Below, piece by piece: positions 1 to 14,165 of a stretch of DNA of 63,494 nt. The stretch lies in assembly GCA_015680685.1 (NCBI GenBank), contig MNCI01000296.1, positions 9,149 through 72,642 on the forward strand. Direction: 5' to 3'. Under the pieces are notes generated by a model that saw only the letters and a list, made by a program, of their open reading frames with translations, made no database searches and was not told the DNA's origin. How positions within the stretch are numbered: position 1 is the stretch's first letter; every line of letters begins with the position of its first letter. The stretch is from Gnetum montanum. Lineage: Eukaryota; Plantae; Gnetophyta. Made by a program: the position numbers and the translations under genes.

Positions 1-700
1 ATAATTAACATCACATGGAAATAAAGTAAATCTATTAAGGCAAGCAGTAAGGTATAACCTAACTTTGGTAACAACCTTACTAACAATTGGTCCTATGTGA
101 TTACAGATGGCCCCGAAACGCGGACAACAGGAAGGTCTTGCTCAAGGTGCAATCGAACGATCTTAGAGAGGTGGAAGATAAGATCCTACTGGACAACATG
201 CAGAATAAGAGGAACAATCATTTAGCATTCATCAAGAAGATCCTCCTACCATATGGTCCGGGCAGGCAGAAGCAAGAGGTACCCTCTCTGAAACCGGTGC
301 CTGGTACTTAGGGGAAACGTACCAATTTTGGCATAATGAAGAAGAAGGTACCATGGTTAACATTTGTGGTGTGACTATTGATTTCTCTGTTCAAGCCAAT
401 TTAGAAGTATTAAACCTTCTGAATACAGGGTCAAAGGTTGCTCAGAACTAGCTGGACACCTTCAGAATTGAGCAACTTAATAAACTGTTGACAGAGAATA
501 AAAGGGTGGCAGAAAAAAAAGAGAAGGCTGGCTGGGATGCCTCTATGGCACAAGCACAAACTTATGTGCATGCCAAGGCACTCATGGCCTTACAAGAGGA
601 GAAACTCTAGGCCATACTTCGACGCCATCAAATTCTAAGACCTGGAGCGTAAGAAAAGGGAAAGACACCAATGGAGGAGCCACCGAACTACATGAGTTCC
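1..700 (+). pseudogene. Degenerate 3' accessory ORF of an Athila-like LTR retrotransposon (element begins left of the window)
   Basis: Long reading frame broken by stops and frameshifts (...AWYLGETYQFWHNEEEGTMVNICGVTIDF...EQLNKLLTENKRVAEKKEKAGWDASMAQAQ...). It lies upstream of a segment (770-876) matching the pre-PPT region of element B (36520-36598). Confidence 0.55.
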
Positions 701-857
701 ACCATTTTGTAATCATAGGATTTTCTTTTGTGTTGTGTCTCAATTTTGTTCTGACTTCACATTACCGCATGAATCCATTCTAGTCAGTCAATAATCCCAT
801 AGCTATCCACTGTGTAATCAATGACGCTTGTTCTCACTTTAACTCGAGGATGAGTTT

Positions 858-876
858 TCATTCAGTCGTGGGGGTA
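858..876 (+). other. Polypurine tract (PPT) before a 3' LTR
   Basis: TCATTCAGTCGTGGGGGTA immediately followed by TGATGAG; same motif as 36580-36598. Confidence 0.8.
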
Positions 877-1375
877 TGATGAGTCATGAATTTGTTGACT
901 GTCATATCGCAGCCGTGATATCACAGCCATGATATCACAGACTTGTTGTTGCAATGGCCACGATATCGCGTATGCGATATCATGGCCTACCTCAATGTTT
1001 ATAAATAAGACGTGGCTTTCCTAGTTTTAGGCATCTAGTTTAATTTCTTAGTGAAACTCTGGCAGTTTGATCCCTCCATAGATAGAATTATTTTCCAATG
1101 ACTACCCGCAGTGTGGTGAATGTAATTGTATGACATCCTTTATTCAAGTGTGACGTACTTGGACACGCACATGACCAGTAATAAAGATCGAGATTACTTC
1201 ATCATTGCAGCATTCACTTTGTTTATTTATTTAATTGTTATTTACTGCTTTCATAGTTAATCTTTCTTACCCTTATCTCCTAGAACGCAGAATGAGTACG
1301 ACTTGATTATGAGCATTTAAGTGTGACTACTTGGTAACCCAGTGGCGTACCTAGGATCTGCGCTTGGTAATCCCA
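877..1375 (+). mobile_element. 3' LTR of TGATGA-family Athila-like element, truncated by an assembly gap
   Basis: Starts TGATGAG, GATATC repeats, TATAAATA near 999, AATAAA near 1180. Clearly similar to the LTR at 63149-63494. Confidence 0.9.
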
Positions 1376-1548
1376 NNNNNNNNNNNNNNNNNNNNNNNNN
1401 NNNNNNNNNNNNNNNNNNNNNNNNNNNNNNNNNNNNNNNNNNNNNNNNNNNNNNNNNNNNNNNNNNNNNNNNNNNNNNNNNNNNNNNNNNNNNNNNNNNN
1501 NNNNNNNNNNNNNNNNNNNNNNNNNNNNNNNNNNNNNNNNNNNNNNNN
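1376..1548. other. Assembly gap (N run)
   Basis: N characters. Confidence 1.
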
Positions 1549-4500
1549 TTAAGGGATTTGAGATAAGAAAAACAACGTATCTGTGATGATAGTGCATAAG
1601 TGCTTCACATTGTTGATCAAAATTGCATGATTTGAGGGCAAATTTTAATAGGTCAAACAAGTCATCAAACATAGAGTGTACACATGATATATGATAAACT
1701 ATACTCTTTTGGGAATCAAAATTTTTCTACGTTAAGGTTGACGTAGGTCAAATTTTTATTACTTGTGTTACTTATACAAAACTGCATCTAGGTATCAACT
1801 TGGACTCTATGAGACCTTAAACAATGCACCCTAGGCTTCTAGGACATCATAGGGTTTGAATTGAGCAAATTTGATAGTTTAACCTTAGGACCCTAGAGCT
1901 CCATTCTTTGTGACATTGGAAAAGATTGGGAATCAATATGTTTGTAACTATTGGGGTTGAGGTAGATCAAACTTTTTCTCCATACAAATTGTACCCTTAG
2001 ATAACCCTACCTACATCACCTACACAAAACTACATCTCGACATCAACTTGGATCTTGTGGGGCTTAAAATGCTACATTCTAAGGTCCTATGGCATCATAA
2101 GATTCAAATTTAACAATTTTGATAGTTTAAACTTGGGATCCCCAAGGTCAAACATTTTCTAATTTTGGAGGTGATGCTAGTGCTGATGATAATGTTAGCA
2201 CCTCTAATGATACCTTTAACATCTTCATGTCACTTCACACCTCTAATTTGTAGCATTTCATAGGTCTACAGGCTTCTCAATGTCCAAAAAACATCATTTT
2301 GGCTTAATTTAGGATAAGTTTGGGCATCTCAAGAGTTAGAATTTTTAATCTAAAAAAAAGTTAAAAAATTATCTAACTTTAGTGTTGATGTTGATATTAA
2401 CGATAGTGTCAATAATTAAAAATGTTGCATTTTGTGATCCTTAACCATCAAGTGCATCATTCGACACCTTTCCTTGGCTTCTTAGGCTTCTCAACATTGT
2501 CTTGGTAACATACAACATTAGTTCAAGCATCAAAAGGGGACTTAGAAGTTTAAAATTATACTTTGGGAAAATGTGGAAAATTTTAACAAAGTTCCATTGA
2601 TGCTAATGTTGATGTTATCATCAACACCTATGGGACCCATATTTTGCCCTTCTTAACCATCACATCATGCATTTAATAGCATCCCTTAGCCTCATGGTCT
2701 CATCGACATTTTCATGGCATCATTTACCATTAGTTCGATCATTAAAATGGATGCTAGAGGGTTTGAATTATATTTTTGTAAACTTGGAAGTTTATTTTAA
2801 GTCCTAGTTAACACTAACATTGATACTAGTGTTAGTGTTAGCATTAACATTAAAGTTAAAATTTTTTAGCTTAGCATGAACACTATTGTTAGAATTTTTT
2901 TATCTTAGCATTAGCATTAGAGTTAGAATTTTTTTCAACTCAACATTAACACCAAAGTCAAAAAAAAATTTCAACTCAGGGTTAATATGAAAGTTCTAAT
3001 TTTTAGGTCAACATCAACACCAACACTAGAGTTAGAATCTTTTTATCCTAGTTTAAAGGTAAAACTAGCTAAAATTAAATTCCAAACGAACTCCAAATGA
3101 ACTTCATTAAACTTTGAAGTCATATTTGGCAATCCTAAATCAAATTTACGTTACCTTGCATTCCAATAGCAGTCTTTAGTGATTTCTACCTAATCTTAGA
3201 GGCCTCAAAGGGAGCAAGCTTGACCATGATTTTTTACAAACAAATTTGATATGATTTCTTAGTAAAATTAAACTTGAACATAGTGTGTGTATCCTAAATT
3301 GAACAAGAGAAGGAAACTCAAAAATTAGGTCATGCTTAGATACTTACCTTCATGTTTTAAAAATTGAAGTCAAATCAAGAGTGCGAATGAAGTTATGTTA
3401 GCGGAGGAAGAGAAACCCAATAATTGAGAGAAATTTAGGTTCCTCTCCTTCCTTGCATCTATGTCTTTTTCTCTTTCTTAGTGCAAAATTAATGGCTAGG
3501 GTAGTGTCTAAGTAGAAAAAACTACTAAGTGGGTAAGCTTCCACAAAATAGCTACTGGCTTGACCTATTTGAATGAATAAATCTTGGTGGAAATCTATTG
3601 TAGAAGGTCTAAATGCATTTTGGTATGGACTGCAATATAGTGTCAATCATAGTGGCTTGCAATCCATGTAAAGATGGCTTCTAGCAAGTATCAGTGGCCA
3701 TAAATTCCAACCCTTTTTTTTTAACTTATGGAAGGTCTAAATGCCTTTTGATGTGGATTGTGGGATAGTGTTGATCACAATGGCTCATAGTCCATGTGAA
3801 GATGGCTTTCAAAAGGGTATGTGCCTTCTGGTGATTGCAAATGCCATGCATTTTTTTACCTTCTAGAATATCTAAACATCTTCTAGTGTGGATTCCGAGA
3901 TATTGCTAATCACAGTGAGTTACAATCCACATGAAGTTGGCTTTCGATAGGGATTAGTGGCTGCAAATTCCAACTACTTTTTTCCTTCTGGAAGGTCTAA
4001 ATGCCTTCTAGTGTGGACTTCAGGATAGTGTTGATAGTAGTGGCCCACAGTCCACATGAATATGGCTTTTGGAAGGGTATGTGCCTTCTAGTGGTCACAA
4101 ATTCTAATCATTTCTTTACCTCCCAGAAGGTTTGAACGCCTTCTAGTGTAGACTGTGGGATAGTACTAATCGCAATAGGTTGTAATTCATCTAAAGTAGG
4201 CATCCTATAGGGATCGATGGCCATAAATTCCAACTATTTTTTTACCTTTTGGAAGGTCTAAATGTCTTCTGGTATGAATTGCAGGGTAGTGTTAATCACA
4301 GTGTCTCGCAATCCACGTGAAGCCTAGGACAATATGTGCCTTCCAGTGATTGTAAATTTTAATCATTTTTTTTGCCTTCTAGAAGGTTTGAACACCTTCA
4401 AGTGTTGACTGCAAGACAATGCTAATCATAGTGGGTTGCAAGCCACATAAAGCTATCTTTTGGTAGGGACTGCTGACTACAAATTCCAACCATTTTTTAC

Positions 4501-5356
4501 CTTTTGGAAGGTCTAAATACCTTTTGGTGTGGATTGTGAGCTAGTGCTAATTACAATGGCTCACACTTCACATAAAGCTACCTTTAGGAAGGATATGTGC
4601 TTTCTAGTGGTCACAAATTCAAATCATTTGTTGCCTTTCAGTGTGGACTACAAGATCATGCTAATTATAGTGGCTCGTAGTCCACATGAAGCTAGGTTTT
4701 GAAATTATATGTGTCTTTCATGGTCACAAATTCTAATCATTTCTTGCTTTCCAAAAGGTCTAAATGCCTTTTAGTATGGACTATCAGTTAGTGCTAATTG
4801 TAGTAGCTTGTAGTCCACATGAAGCTAGCTTTTGGAAGGGTATGTGCCTTATAGTGGTCTCAAATTCAAACCATTTTTTATCTTTTAAAAACGAGTTGAA
4901 TGCCTTCCAGTGTGGACTATGGGACATTGCTGATCATAGTGAATCATAGTCCCTGTAAAGTTGGCTTTCGGTAGGGACTGGTGGCCACAAATTCCAATCA
5001 TTTTTCACATTTCAAAAGATGTAAATGCCTCATGGTGTGGATTGCAAGATAGTGCTGATCACAAGTGGCTTGTAGCCCATGTAAAGCTACCTTCCAAAGG
5101 TATGTGCCTTTTAGTGAATGCGAATTTGAGTCATTTTTTACCTTCTAGACGGTCTAAATGCCTTCTGGTATGGATTATTGGATAGTACTGATCATAGTGG
5201 GTCATAATCCACAAAAAGCTAGGTTTTGGAAGGTTTAAATGCCTTCCAATGTGGACTATAATCTACTAAAAACTCTCTTCCTAAACAGTATGTACCTTCT
5301 AGTATCTAAATTAATAAATAAATGATGGCTTATAGAAGTCAAATTTTCTTCCAGTG
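1549..5356. repeat. Large dispersed repeat R1, probably a non-autonomous DNA transposon (possibly CACTA-like)
   Basis: 1549-3029 aligns colinearly with 61644-63148. It has an internal ~245-bp duplication (1740-2170), ~41-bp subrepeats (2810-3050) and a terminal tandem array. It ends AATTTTCTTCCAGTG, resembling a decayed CACTA ...TTCTTGTAGTG terminus. The class assignment is inference. Confidence 0.6.
3575..5260 (+). repeat. Tandem array, about 14 units of ~123-137 bp, largely alternating between two variants (~260-bp dimer)
   Basis: Anchor GAAGGTCTAAATGCCTT or variants recur at about 3603, 3731, 3867, 3990, 4127, 4252, 4382, 4508, 4755, 4890, 5015, 5150 and 5229. Confidence 0.9.
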
Positions 5357-5989
5357 TTAACTATGAGTAATTATGATGTGTGATGCTGTGTAGTCCATCA
5401 AATTCTATGTAAAGTGGGTGTATGTGATAGTTTTATATGCATCTCATAGTATTGTTTGAAATAACAACTTTAATGCATAATGCGTAATGCTACTACACAT
5501 AGCTTATGGGGTAAATTGCGAGTTGCAAGTTTATATGTGTCTCAAAGTGTTAGTAAAAGGTTATGCAAGTCACATAAGCTATCATTGCATGGTAAAAGGT
5601 TAAAAAATAAAAACTATTACTAACCCTTTACCCCATATTTTTACCATTTCTAGAGCAGCAAGGTCACAAGCATCACAAAGAAGTAAAGAGGATCAAAAGA
5701 ATGTAAAAGCTTTGAAGATCCAACACTACAAAATGGATTAGATGCTTTCTAAGAATTCCAAAATAGGGTTTGCAAATAAGTTACATTGTTTGCTCCCATT
5801 GTAGACATCTTACCTTTGCGTAAGTTTTGAAAATGCTATCTCCATTATAGATATGTTGGATAATTTGATTATTCATGTAACTAAGTCTATAAAATCTTTC
5901 AAGAATGCAAGGAAGATGAGAGCATGTAAGATTTTTGAAAACAACATGGCAACAAGAAATACAAGATCTGCCTAGTGGGCATTTTTCAA

Positions 5990-8900
5990 AATATGATATT
6001 CAATGGTTGCATTTCTATGATAATGTATTTGCTTGGATATATAAGGAAAGAGTGGTAAATTTTATTGATGGTGAATAGAAGAATGAGATCTTTCCTTGTG
6101 AATTTTTCTATAGAACTAAAAATCAACAAAAATAAAAAAGGAGACTAAATCACAAATAAACCACTACACAATCACAAATAAACCACTACAAAATTTGGAT
6201 ATCATAAGTTATCCACAATTGTTTTGTGTTCATCAATAAATATTTTATAATATGAAGGTTTGCAATTTTTAATATTTTGAGCCTTGTTTGAATATTTCTT
6301 TGTATTAGTTATCATTACAGGTATGAAATGAATGTTACTACAGGGATAGCGCCCATGGAAGATAGAAAAATAAATAAGATAGGAAGAAAGATAGAATGTT
6401 AATGTCATTTCATAGTTTGCTATATGTGAGAAGAAGAAAATGTTGCATGTATTATATATAAAGAAATAAACCATGTAGATACATTAGGAGCTTACTATCA
6501 TGGTTTGTTAGGCCCTATGGTAGATAGAAGAAACTCATAATTCATACATATTTTTAGTGAGGTACATTAGAAGATCGAGTGTTTATGGAAGGAAGGAATT
6601 CCAATAAATCTAATCTATAAGAGGTAAATCAAAGATATTTTTAAGGAAGAATAGGAATTTGGGCTATCCAAGAAGAGGAGTATCTTTCTTATTAAAAAAA
6701 TACATTTACAACATTTATAAAGATGTTATGCTCCAATACAATAAAAGTAAGCATGAAAGAATCAGCATCTAGCTATGGTACCAAATGACTACTGATTTTT
6801 TCTTTTACTACTAGGAAGAGAACCTAGAACAAGGTGTCCCATTGATCATTGGGTTGTAATCACCATGGATGCTCAAAAAGATTATAACTCTATCTCAATG
6901 TAGTATCCTTACAATGGATTCAACTTTTAACACCAACAAATATGATGTAAGTTTAAATAATGGGTTATATTATTCCATTTTAAAAATTGTTGGTGTTATA
7001 ATAGAATAAGATATTATCTTATTATAAATGTATGATTGTTTTTGCAGCTCCATCTTCACATGGTAATGGCTTTTGATTCATACTACAATGGACTTCCTGT
7101 TGCATGGGTGATATCTTGAAGGTGCATAGAAACTAGCATCAGAGGTTGTCTTTTGGAGCTGCTTCAAAGAGGCAAGGCTAAGGAGCCTAATTGGATAATG
7201 AATGATTTCATGCTTGATGATTCAAAGGTAACTTTAAAGGCACTTCAAAAATTCCTACAAATCACACTAACTTAGATTGACATATCTTAACATGTGTTAT
7301 AATTTGATGATTTTTCAGGTTAGTTTTTGATAGCAAGGTTTTTCTATGCATTTGGAATGTTTGGAGGACATGGAGGAAGAACTTGGTAACCAAAGTTAAA
7401 GATTCCAATTAGAGAAAAGAAATGATTGATCATCTTAATCATATTATGAATGAATGCAAAACTAGTGTGAATGTTGTTGTGGAAATAAACAAATTTGTTG
7501 AAAATTTTTAAGAGAACTCAGATTTCATTAACTACTTGAGCAGTAGTGATTAAATGAAGATAAATTGAATGAGTTTCTATTTCATACAATCATTACAAAA
7601 AAGTTCATATTCACAGCAATAAACTATGTGCTCAATTTTTTATTATTGATTTTTTTCTTTAATGATATGTTGTTAGAAATATAGGCTAAAGTCTTTCAAG
7701 ATATTCTCCATGCATAGCAAGACACAAATAATGTTGTGAAGTCATATCATGAATTTCTGAAAGGGAAATATTTGAGAGATATAAGAAACAGGAAATACCA
7801 ACGAATTGACTAGCTTATATGGAGCTTGACAAAGGTATTACTATACTATTGGAACAATGCAAGAATTAAAGTTGTAGGATATTTCATAAATAAGAAAGAC
7901 AAAGATTTCAATGAGTTATGAAAAAAGCATTTACAAATTTTTTATGTTAACTTTTGATGAAGTGCTCATTAGTCGATGTGTGGACTAGGCTGCGTATACG
8001 CAGCCGTGTCAACGTGGCCTCATCGATGCATCTGTCCATGCATCTACGTGGCCTTGTTTACACAGCATTTGTTCTAGCCTATAAATAAGTGTGCTTCCGC
8101 CACACTTAGGCATCTTTTTGGCAGTTGTAGCGTTGCTCTTGCCGTTTGTTCCCACAAGAGTTAAAATATTTTCCAAGTGCTCGCAGCAGGTGTAAGAAAG
8201 GTGTCAGGCTCTTTATTCGAGCACTGATGTACCCGAGCCCATTGGTGTGACCAGCAATAAAGATGAGCTTTTCAAGCATTCCTTGCAACAATTGGGTTTA
8301 GTCATTTAAGCATTTAATAGTTTAATATTTCTATGCTTTAATAATTCCTTAAGTTTTCATTGTTATCACTTTAATCATCATCGTTCTTTTATATCATGTA
8401 AAAACCATAAGTACGACCATCTCGAACATAAGCCCAACACTAGGCAACCCAATGACGCTAAACATTTGGTAATCCAATAGTGGTTAGGGGATGCTTATGA
8501 TGTGCATGAAAGATGGGAGTGAATGCTTATGCTAGGAAGAGCCAAGAGATAGATTAGGATAATTATAGATTACACAATATTCCATTTTTTACATTTCATT
8601 TCAAGAATTAGACTCTATAAGATAAAGAGAAAATCCATAAAAATCATTTGCCTCAATCTCATTTAACCATCGCATCAAAACACCACAAGTGAGGTTGGGA
8701 AGACAACAACCATTCTAACACAAGGTTTTTCTAGTTAGAGTTTGGTGTATGCAAGTGCTTACAGTCTACGGAATTTGACCGAGTCGCGTGTGAATGCCCA
8801 TGATTCTCATGGTTGGGCATAGGGGTACCTTGCCACTCATCAACTTTGTCCAAGTAGTGCAAAAGGAAGATGAATATGTTGTGCAAAGTCAGAATAGTTT

Positions 8901-9400
8901 AAGGCTGAACACTTGGTACAAGGTTTTAAAGGTATTTTCTTTTAGTATATCTTGTGAGTGCAAATGGTCTTGCCTTGGCCATTTTTGCAAGCATTTAATG
9001 AAAGTTCTTATTGAGTTAAAGGCTCTTATGAGTGCATTCAGGTTCTTCTTCCAAGATGAGTTTTATGATTTGTGTATGCATGTGGAGCTAAATTCATTCA
9101 AACCACATCATTTTCCTAACTAAGAAGATACTTCATAACTTGAAATGAGATTAGAGACATTGGGATCAACTAGTCGAAGGTCTATTGCCAATGAGGTGAA
9201 CATGGTAGACAATTCATATCAACAAATGTAGTAGGACAAAGATAATGCACATGCACAATGAGAAACTAAAATTCCTAAGCTCAAAAAGGCCTTGAAAAAA
9301 TTGGCAAAGACATTACCCATAGACAAGGAGAGTGTTTTCGAAATAGAAAGATAGGTGGAGTTATTGGAATCAAATTTTTTATTTTCAAGTAAACTAGATG
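5990..9400 (+). pseudogene. Mutator/MULE-type SWIM zinc-finger transposase pseudogene (At1g60560/At4g13970-like family), with introns
   Basis: Motifs VACIIYKEINHVD..G..YHG (~6440-6505), ILTMDSTFNTNKYD|gtaag (~6905-6950), MAFDSYYNGLPVAWVI (~7065), WIMNDFMLDD (~7190), VFLCIWNVWRTWRKNL (~7340), QDTNNVVKSYHEFLK (~7720) and SWIM CECKWSCLGHFCKH (8953-8995). Many in-frame stops. Confidence 0.85.
7955..8842 (+). mobile_element. Solo LTR (888 bp), TGATGA...TCATCA, inserted in the MULE transposase
   Basis: Terminal TGATGA/TCATCA. Perfect 5-bp TSD ACTTT at 7950-7954 and 8843-8847. Same 3' end (GGGGTACC..GCCACTCATCA) as the B and C LTRs. No PBS or PPT adjacent. Confidence 0.95.
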
Positions 9401-11149
9401 GATTAGTGAGTCAAAGAAGATTGTCTAGTTGAAATAGTCCTTCTAAAGCTACTAGTTTGAAGCTATCTAGTCATAACTGTGCAAGAAAACTATTTAAAGG
9501 AGGTAATAGTAGTATTTCATTACTTAGCTATGATGCTTAAAATAATATACATCGTATTCAGTTTATTTTAATCTATTTTCTTTTGCTTACAGATTAAATT
9601 GAAGGAAGTTAAGGGAAAAAGGGATAGTCCTCTAATCCCCAATCTACCTTGAATGAATAGCTCCTTTGATGTTATTCTAATGAATGTGTCATACATTTTA
9701 CATCCATGGACATGAAACTATGATTGAAAGAGATTTTGTATTAGTTATAGATTACTAAAAAGTATGTTTGTTATATTCTTCTGTACAATCAAACTATGTT
9801 CTCTGTGTCTTAAAAGCTTATTGCAAGACTTCATGTTGTATGTGTTGCATATATAATTATGGTATATTTTAATTGGGTTTTTTTTGGGTAAAGGAAATGA
9901 CATATCTTATCACAATCTTCAAAAAGAAATACTATGCATCGGAATTCTACATATCCTTTGAGAAGGGTTTAATTCCATTTTGCAATGATGAGTGATTTAA
10001 ACAGTTTCAATTTCATTATTTCGGACTATATTTTAAGTTTAATTATGATAGTCATCGTTTGTGATACTTAAACAAGCTATAGTCCTCAATTAATTGACTT
10101 TCACTCAATTGCATTGTAATTCCCACCATTTTGAAAACGGTGAAACATTTTTGCTCACATGCCCTCACACTTCATAAATTTGGTAAACCTGTGAATCATA
10201 GTATCTCGCATTTTCTAAATGAAAACTTCTATGACATGTAGCTTGCGCCATATCGCATCCCTAAATTTTTGTAAAACCCTCCAGTTCAAACTACATTTGC
10301 ATTCATAGCCATTACAATGCTTCAATCATGGTGTTGTTCCCACATTCATTCCATTTCTTGAATTTGTGTTTTTCCTAGTTTGTTATCTTTTATTTTAAGG
10401 AAATACACGCTGTACGTATGTTTTGAACAAGTTTTTATTTAAAATAAATTTGTAAATAATAGACACCACGTATTCATATTTCTAGGCATGGAGGGTTATT
10501 TGCTGCCATTTGGTGCATGGTCGTAGGTCGATTTGAAAGCCATCCTCATCATTTTTTACCATCTCTTTTCTACAAACTAAGAAACAATGGATGTGGTTAT
10601 GCTTTATAATTTTAAAAACTCATAAGAATGCATATTTATAGATTCGTATAGTCGGAAAATGAAACTTAAAACATTTGTTGTTGCAAATACCATAGAAGAA
10701 TAGTTGAAAGCAACTTCCCTATTTCTTTACTCCTACTTTTGATAGGTTCGGAATGGAACTGATATAGGAGGCCAACTGTATTTTTGTCATTCTATTTTGG
10801 ACGAAGAAGTTTAGACTCATTATATGAGGATTAATATTAAATAAATTGTTATTTTTTAAAATTTAGCTCTTTGTAGTTTGAAATAGCAACTTAATGTTTT
10901 GTGATAGACATTACTTCTGACAATAACCCATGAAAATAAAAATGGCTATTACGTGTGAAAAGAACATTAATACTTCATATTTACATGTTCAAGTGATGAA
11001 CCTTTCTTATGTAGTACCACCATGCCCAAATAATTAATTTGCAATATAGCTAACAACAAAGATTTTTAAAAATGTTTAGTTAATGATATGTTACATTTAC
11101 TATAAAAAATTGTATTACTTTGTATTTTGGCTAATAGTGGTGCTGTATT

Positions 11150-12620
11150 GTATTTTTTTGTTTTCAAAGAGGAATGTCATCATAAGCAAATAACAGGAGG
11201 AGATCTAGTAGAGTCCAAGAGCAAGAAGAGAGAAGCCAGGCATAGGGTAGACATCAGCCTACCTCTTAGACTATTGCGTGGGATACTACTAGAGAGCACG
11301 AGGAATATCAGTGTGCTTAGGAGAGAATAACACAAGAGGAGTGGCAATGAAGGGAGCTAAAACTCAGATTAGCCCCCTTACGGAGTCTAAGAAACTTATG
11401 TTTCTTGCTACAATTGGTTTGGCTAGAGATGCTTACCAAGCTTGTCTAACATAGCCTTAAGTTCATCATCACTAGAGGTCTTGATTATTATGAGGAGAAG
11501 GCATGTGAGTTTTATGTTGCAAACCATTGAGAAGCACTATTATCCAAGGTGGTTTAGATAGGCGATTCCAGTTTTACATTGATGAAGTAGATCTTAGGGT
11601 AAATACTCCACATGTCAGTTGGTCCACATATGGAGTATTTTTTGATAGCCACTTTAGAGAAAAAATACAACTGTTGAGAAAGGTGCCAAAGGTGAAGACT
11701 GATGAGACAGGTTAACCTTACAAGAACTTCTCCCCATAATGAAGAATTCTTATCAAGGCGATTCACACAAACCTCGTATTTATCATGCATCACACTCATG
11801 TGATGTCCATTGCCTTGATAGTACTACTAGATTTAAAGGAAGATTGTTTGTTGAACTATCCCCACATTATTATGAAGAGAATGGAGAATCTTAGTAGAGA
11901 TGCATCAACCATTCCTTTCACTTCAATGATTTGTGTTCTTTCAACCATTGGCAAATCCCAAAACCTGAGGTGAATGACAAAGAAGTGTAGGTATTTTGTG
12001 GGAATCAGTTACCTCATTTGGGGTATGCTTCTACACCCAACGTGTTCCTAGGACACAACTTAATGATTTGATTTAGCTCCCAAAGCCATCTGTCCCAAAA
12101 GATAGTGAAAAGGTTGGATGGGATGAATGTTATGGCCACACTGAACAGATGCAAGTCATTTGCATCCATCTTGACTAGCAACAATAGTATTTTGGAGATG
12201 AAGCATCCATTTTTACCTACTTAGCGGCAATGGAGGGTAGGTTGATTACACGTATGGATGCTATGGAGTCAAACATGCATCAGCATTTTGGATGGGTGGA
12301 GAGGAGACTAGCCCACCTTACTGTGAATTTTCAAAAAAGAGTGAAATACTCATTTGAATAGTTGCAGACATTGTAAGGGTCCTCTAGTTTAGGGTAGATG
12401 GAGGAGATTTCTGACCCAAAGTTGGTGGACATGGCCACTCTAGTCCATGGCTAAGAGGTAGGACCATCAAGAACAATTGGGATGGATGACCATCTAGTCA
12501 CCAAGGTTGATGATACCATCACAAAGATAGATTTTAAAGGGACTGATGTTGCGAATCTAGTTGATGACACCCATGTAGTAAGATATGGCTAGACCATTGC
12601 GTCTATGGATAGAGTCATAG
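11150..12620 (+). pseudogene. Putative plant transposon protein (PF20167 Transposase_32 / Athila env-like type) pseudogene
   Basis: Motifs LKFIITRGLDYYEEKACEFYVAN (~11455-11525) and HHTHVMSIALIVLLDLKEDCLLNYPHIIMKRM...IPFTSMI (11785-11935), followed by a coiled-coil/acidic tail. Recognised by motif pattern only. Confidence 0.6.
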
Positions 12621-13369
12621 TTGACTCTAAATTTCCTTTTTGTTGATATTTTTGTATGTACATGGTTTCTAAGTAGCACTATGTTTATAATGAATACTAT
12701 GAATACATGTATAAATTTTGTGTTAAATGTTGTTGATCTTATTTACTTTGTCATTTATGTAACATATTCTCATTTTAGTTTTCATGAAATCATTAGACTA
12801 AGCATTATATGAATATGAAAATGATACTTGATTGTTATCCTATTAAGAAGCCTAGAATCAATGCACATCCACATCCCATCGATGTATTTATTAGAAATTA
12901 ATACTTCTGGTATTACACAAGGGAATATTGACTCATTAATGAAATTATTTAAGAGTAATTTACTAAGCTATCTTTGAAGCTCCTTTCTATAATATAGAAC
13001 CATCTACTACATGCTCTCATTTGATATGGTTGCTCTTGGTATGAAGTTAATTTAATGCTGCATAAACCTCATAGGAGGAAGCTCTTTTAATCTACCCTTG
13101 AACACATTAACAAAATTTTATTCCAAAGGTTATAACACTAACAAAATTTGAATTTATAATTTCTTTTTACATGCTGAAAGTAATTATAGAATTATGAATC
13201 CATTCCTAGCTCCTTGATGATCCTGAACATAGTCTTGATGGTTTAAATTTCCTTTTGAATGAAGGATTTTCAATTCATCCATTTCCATTACCTTTAGCTA
13301 ACTTCTTTATTTTCTATGGAACTATGGAATAGTATGGGTCATACAACCTTGTAGGATAAAAGCTATATG

Positions 13370-14165
13370 GGGTTGCGAGTCACATGTTCCTCATAGTCAT
13401 GAAACCTTACCTTAGAAAAAAGAGTGTTATAAAAGTGTGACTCGCATTGCACTTACAATCTAAACTAGAGAAGAATAGAAAAAAATGCTATCAAACTACA
13501 ATTCACATTTCACTCAGAATATGAAATAGAGAAGAATAGAAAATAGTGCTAGAAAATTGCAACTTGCATTGCACTTGTAATCTTAACCAGAATAAAAAAT
13601 AGTGTGATGAAACTGCAACTCGCATGCTAGTTGCAATCAGAACTAGATAAGGTTAAATAATAGTGCAAATTGATTGTGACTTGCAAGTTTTTCATAGTCT
13701 AATAACAAAAGGCCAAATAATAGTGTGACCAAACTATGAGCTGCTATGTACATAAAACTACTAGGGAGAGTGCGACTTACATTCCATCATAGCCTAGAGT
13801 GCAACTTACATTCCATCGTAGCTTAGAGTGCAACAACATGCAACCTACAAGTTCATGCATAACATCAAAACAATGTGGGTTTAATGCAAGTAGCATGTTT
13901 TCATATCATTAGATTTGTTATTGCAAGAACATGCAAGATGCAAAACAATTGCATTGTTGAAAACAATGTGATGTACTGCAAGACACATGCCACTGCACCC
14001 TCTTCATGAAGGTTGTATGTACATGTGTATTGCAGCCTAATTTTGAATTAGAATTACATGCAAGATGCATGTTTTCACACTACCTCAGTGCAAGAAAATG
14101 CAATTTGTGGTAGATCACACTATATAGTTGTGAGTAAGATTCGATTGGCAAGGCATCACATCATT
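13370..14165. repeat. Cluster of short degenerate TG(C/T)(A/G)ACT(C/T)GCA motifs, probable subterminal region of the MULE
   Basis: Repeated GTGACTCGCA, TGCAACTCGCA and TGCGACTTACA motifs at roughly 60-bp spacing, plus a 29-bp tandem repeat at 13768-13835. Related motifs occur at 5515-5580. Confidence 0.5.

Noticed and set aside
1307-1672. ORFs spanning the N run
   Set aside because: Artefacts of translating ambiguous bases.
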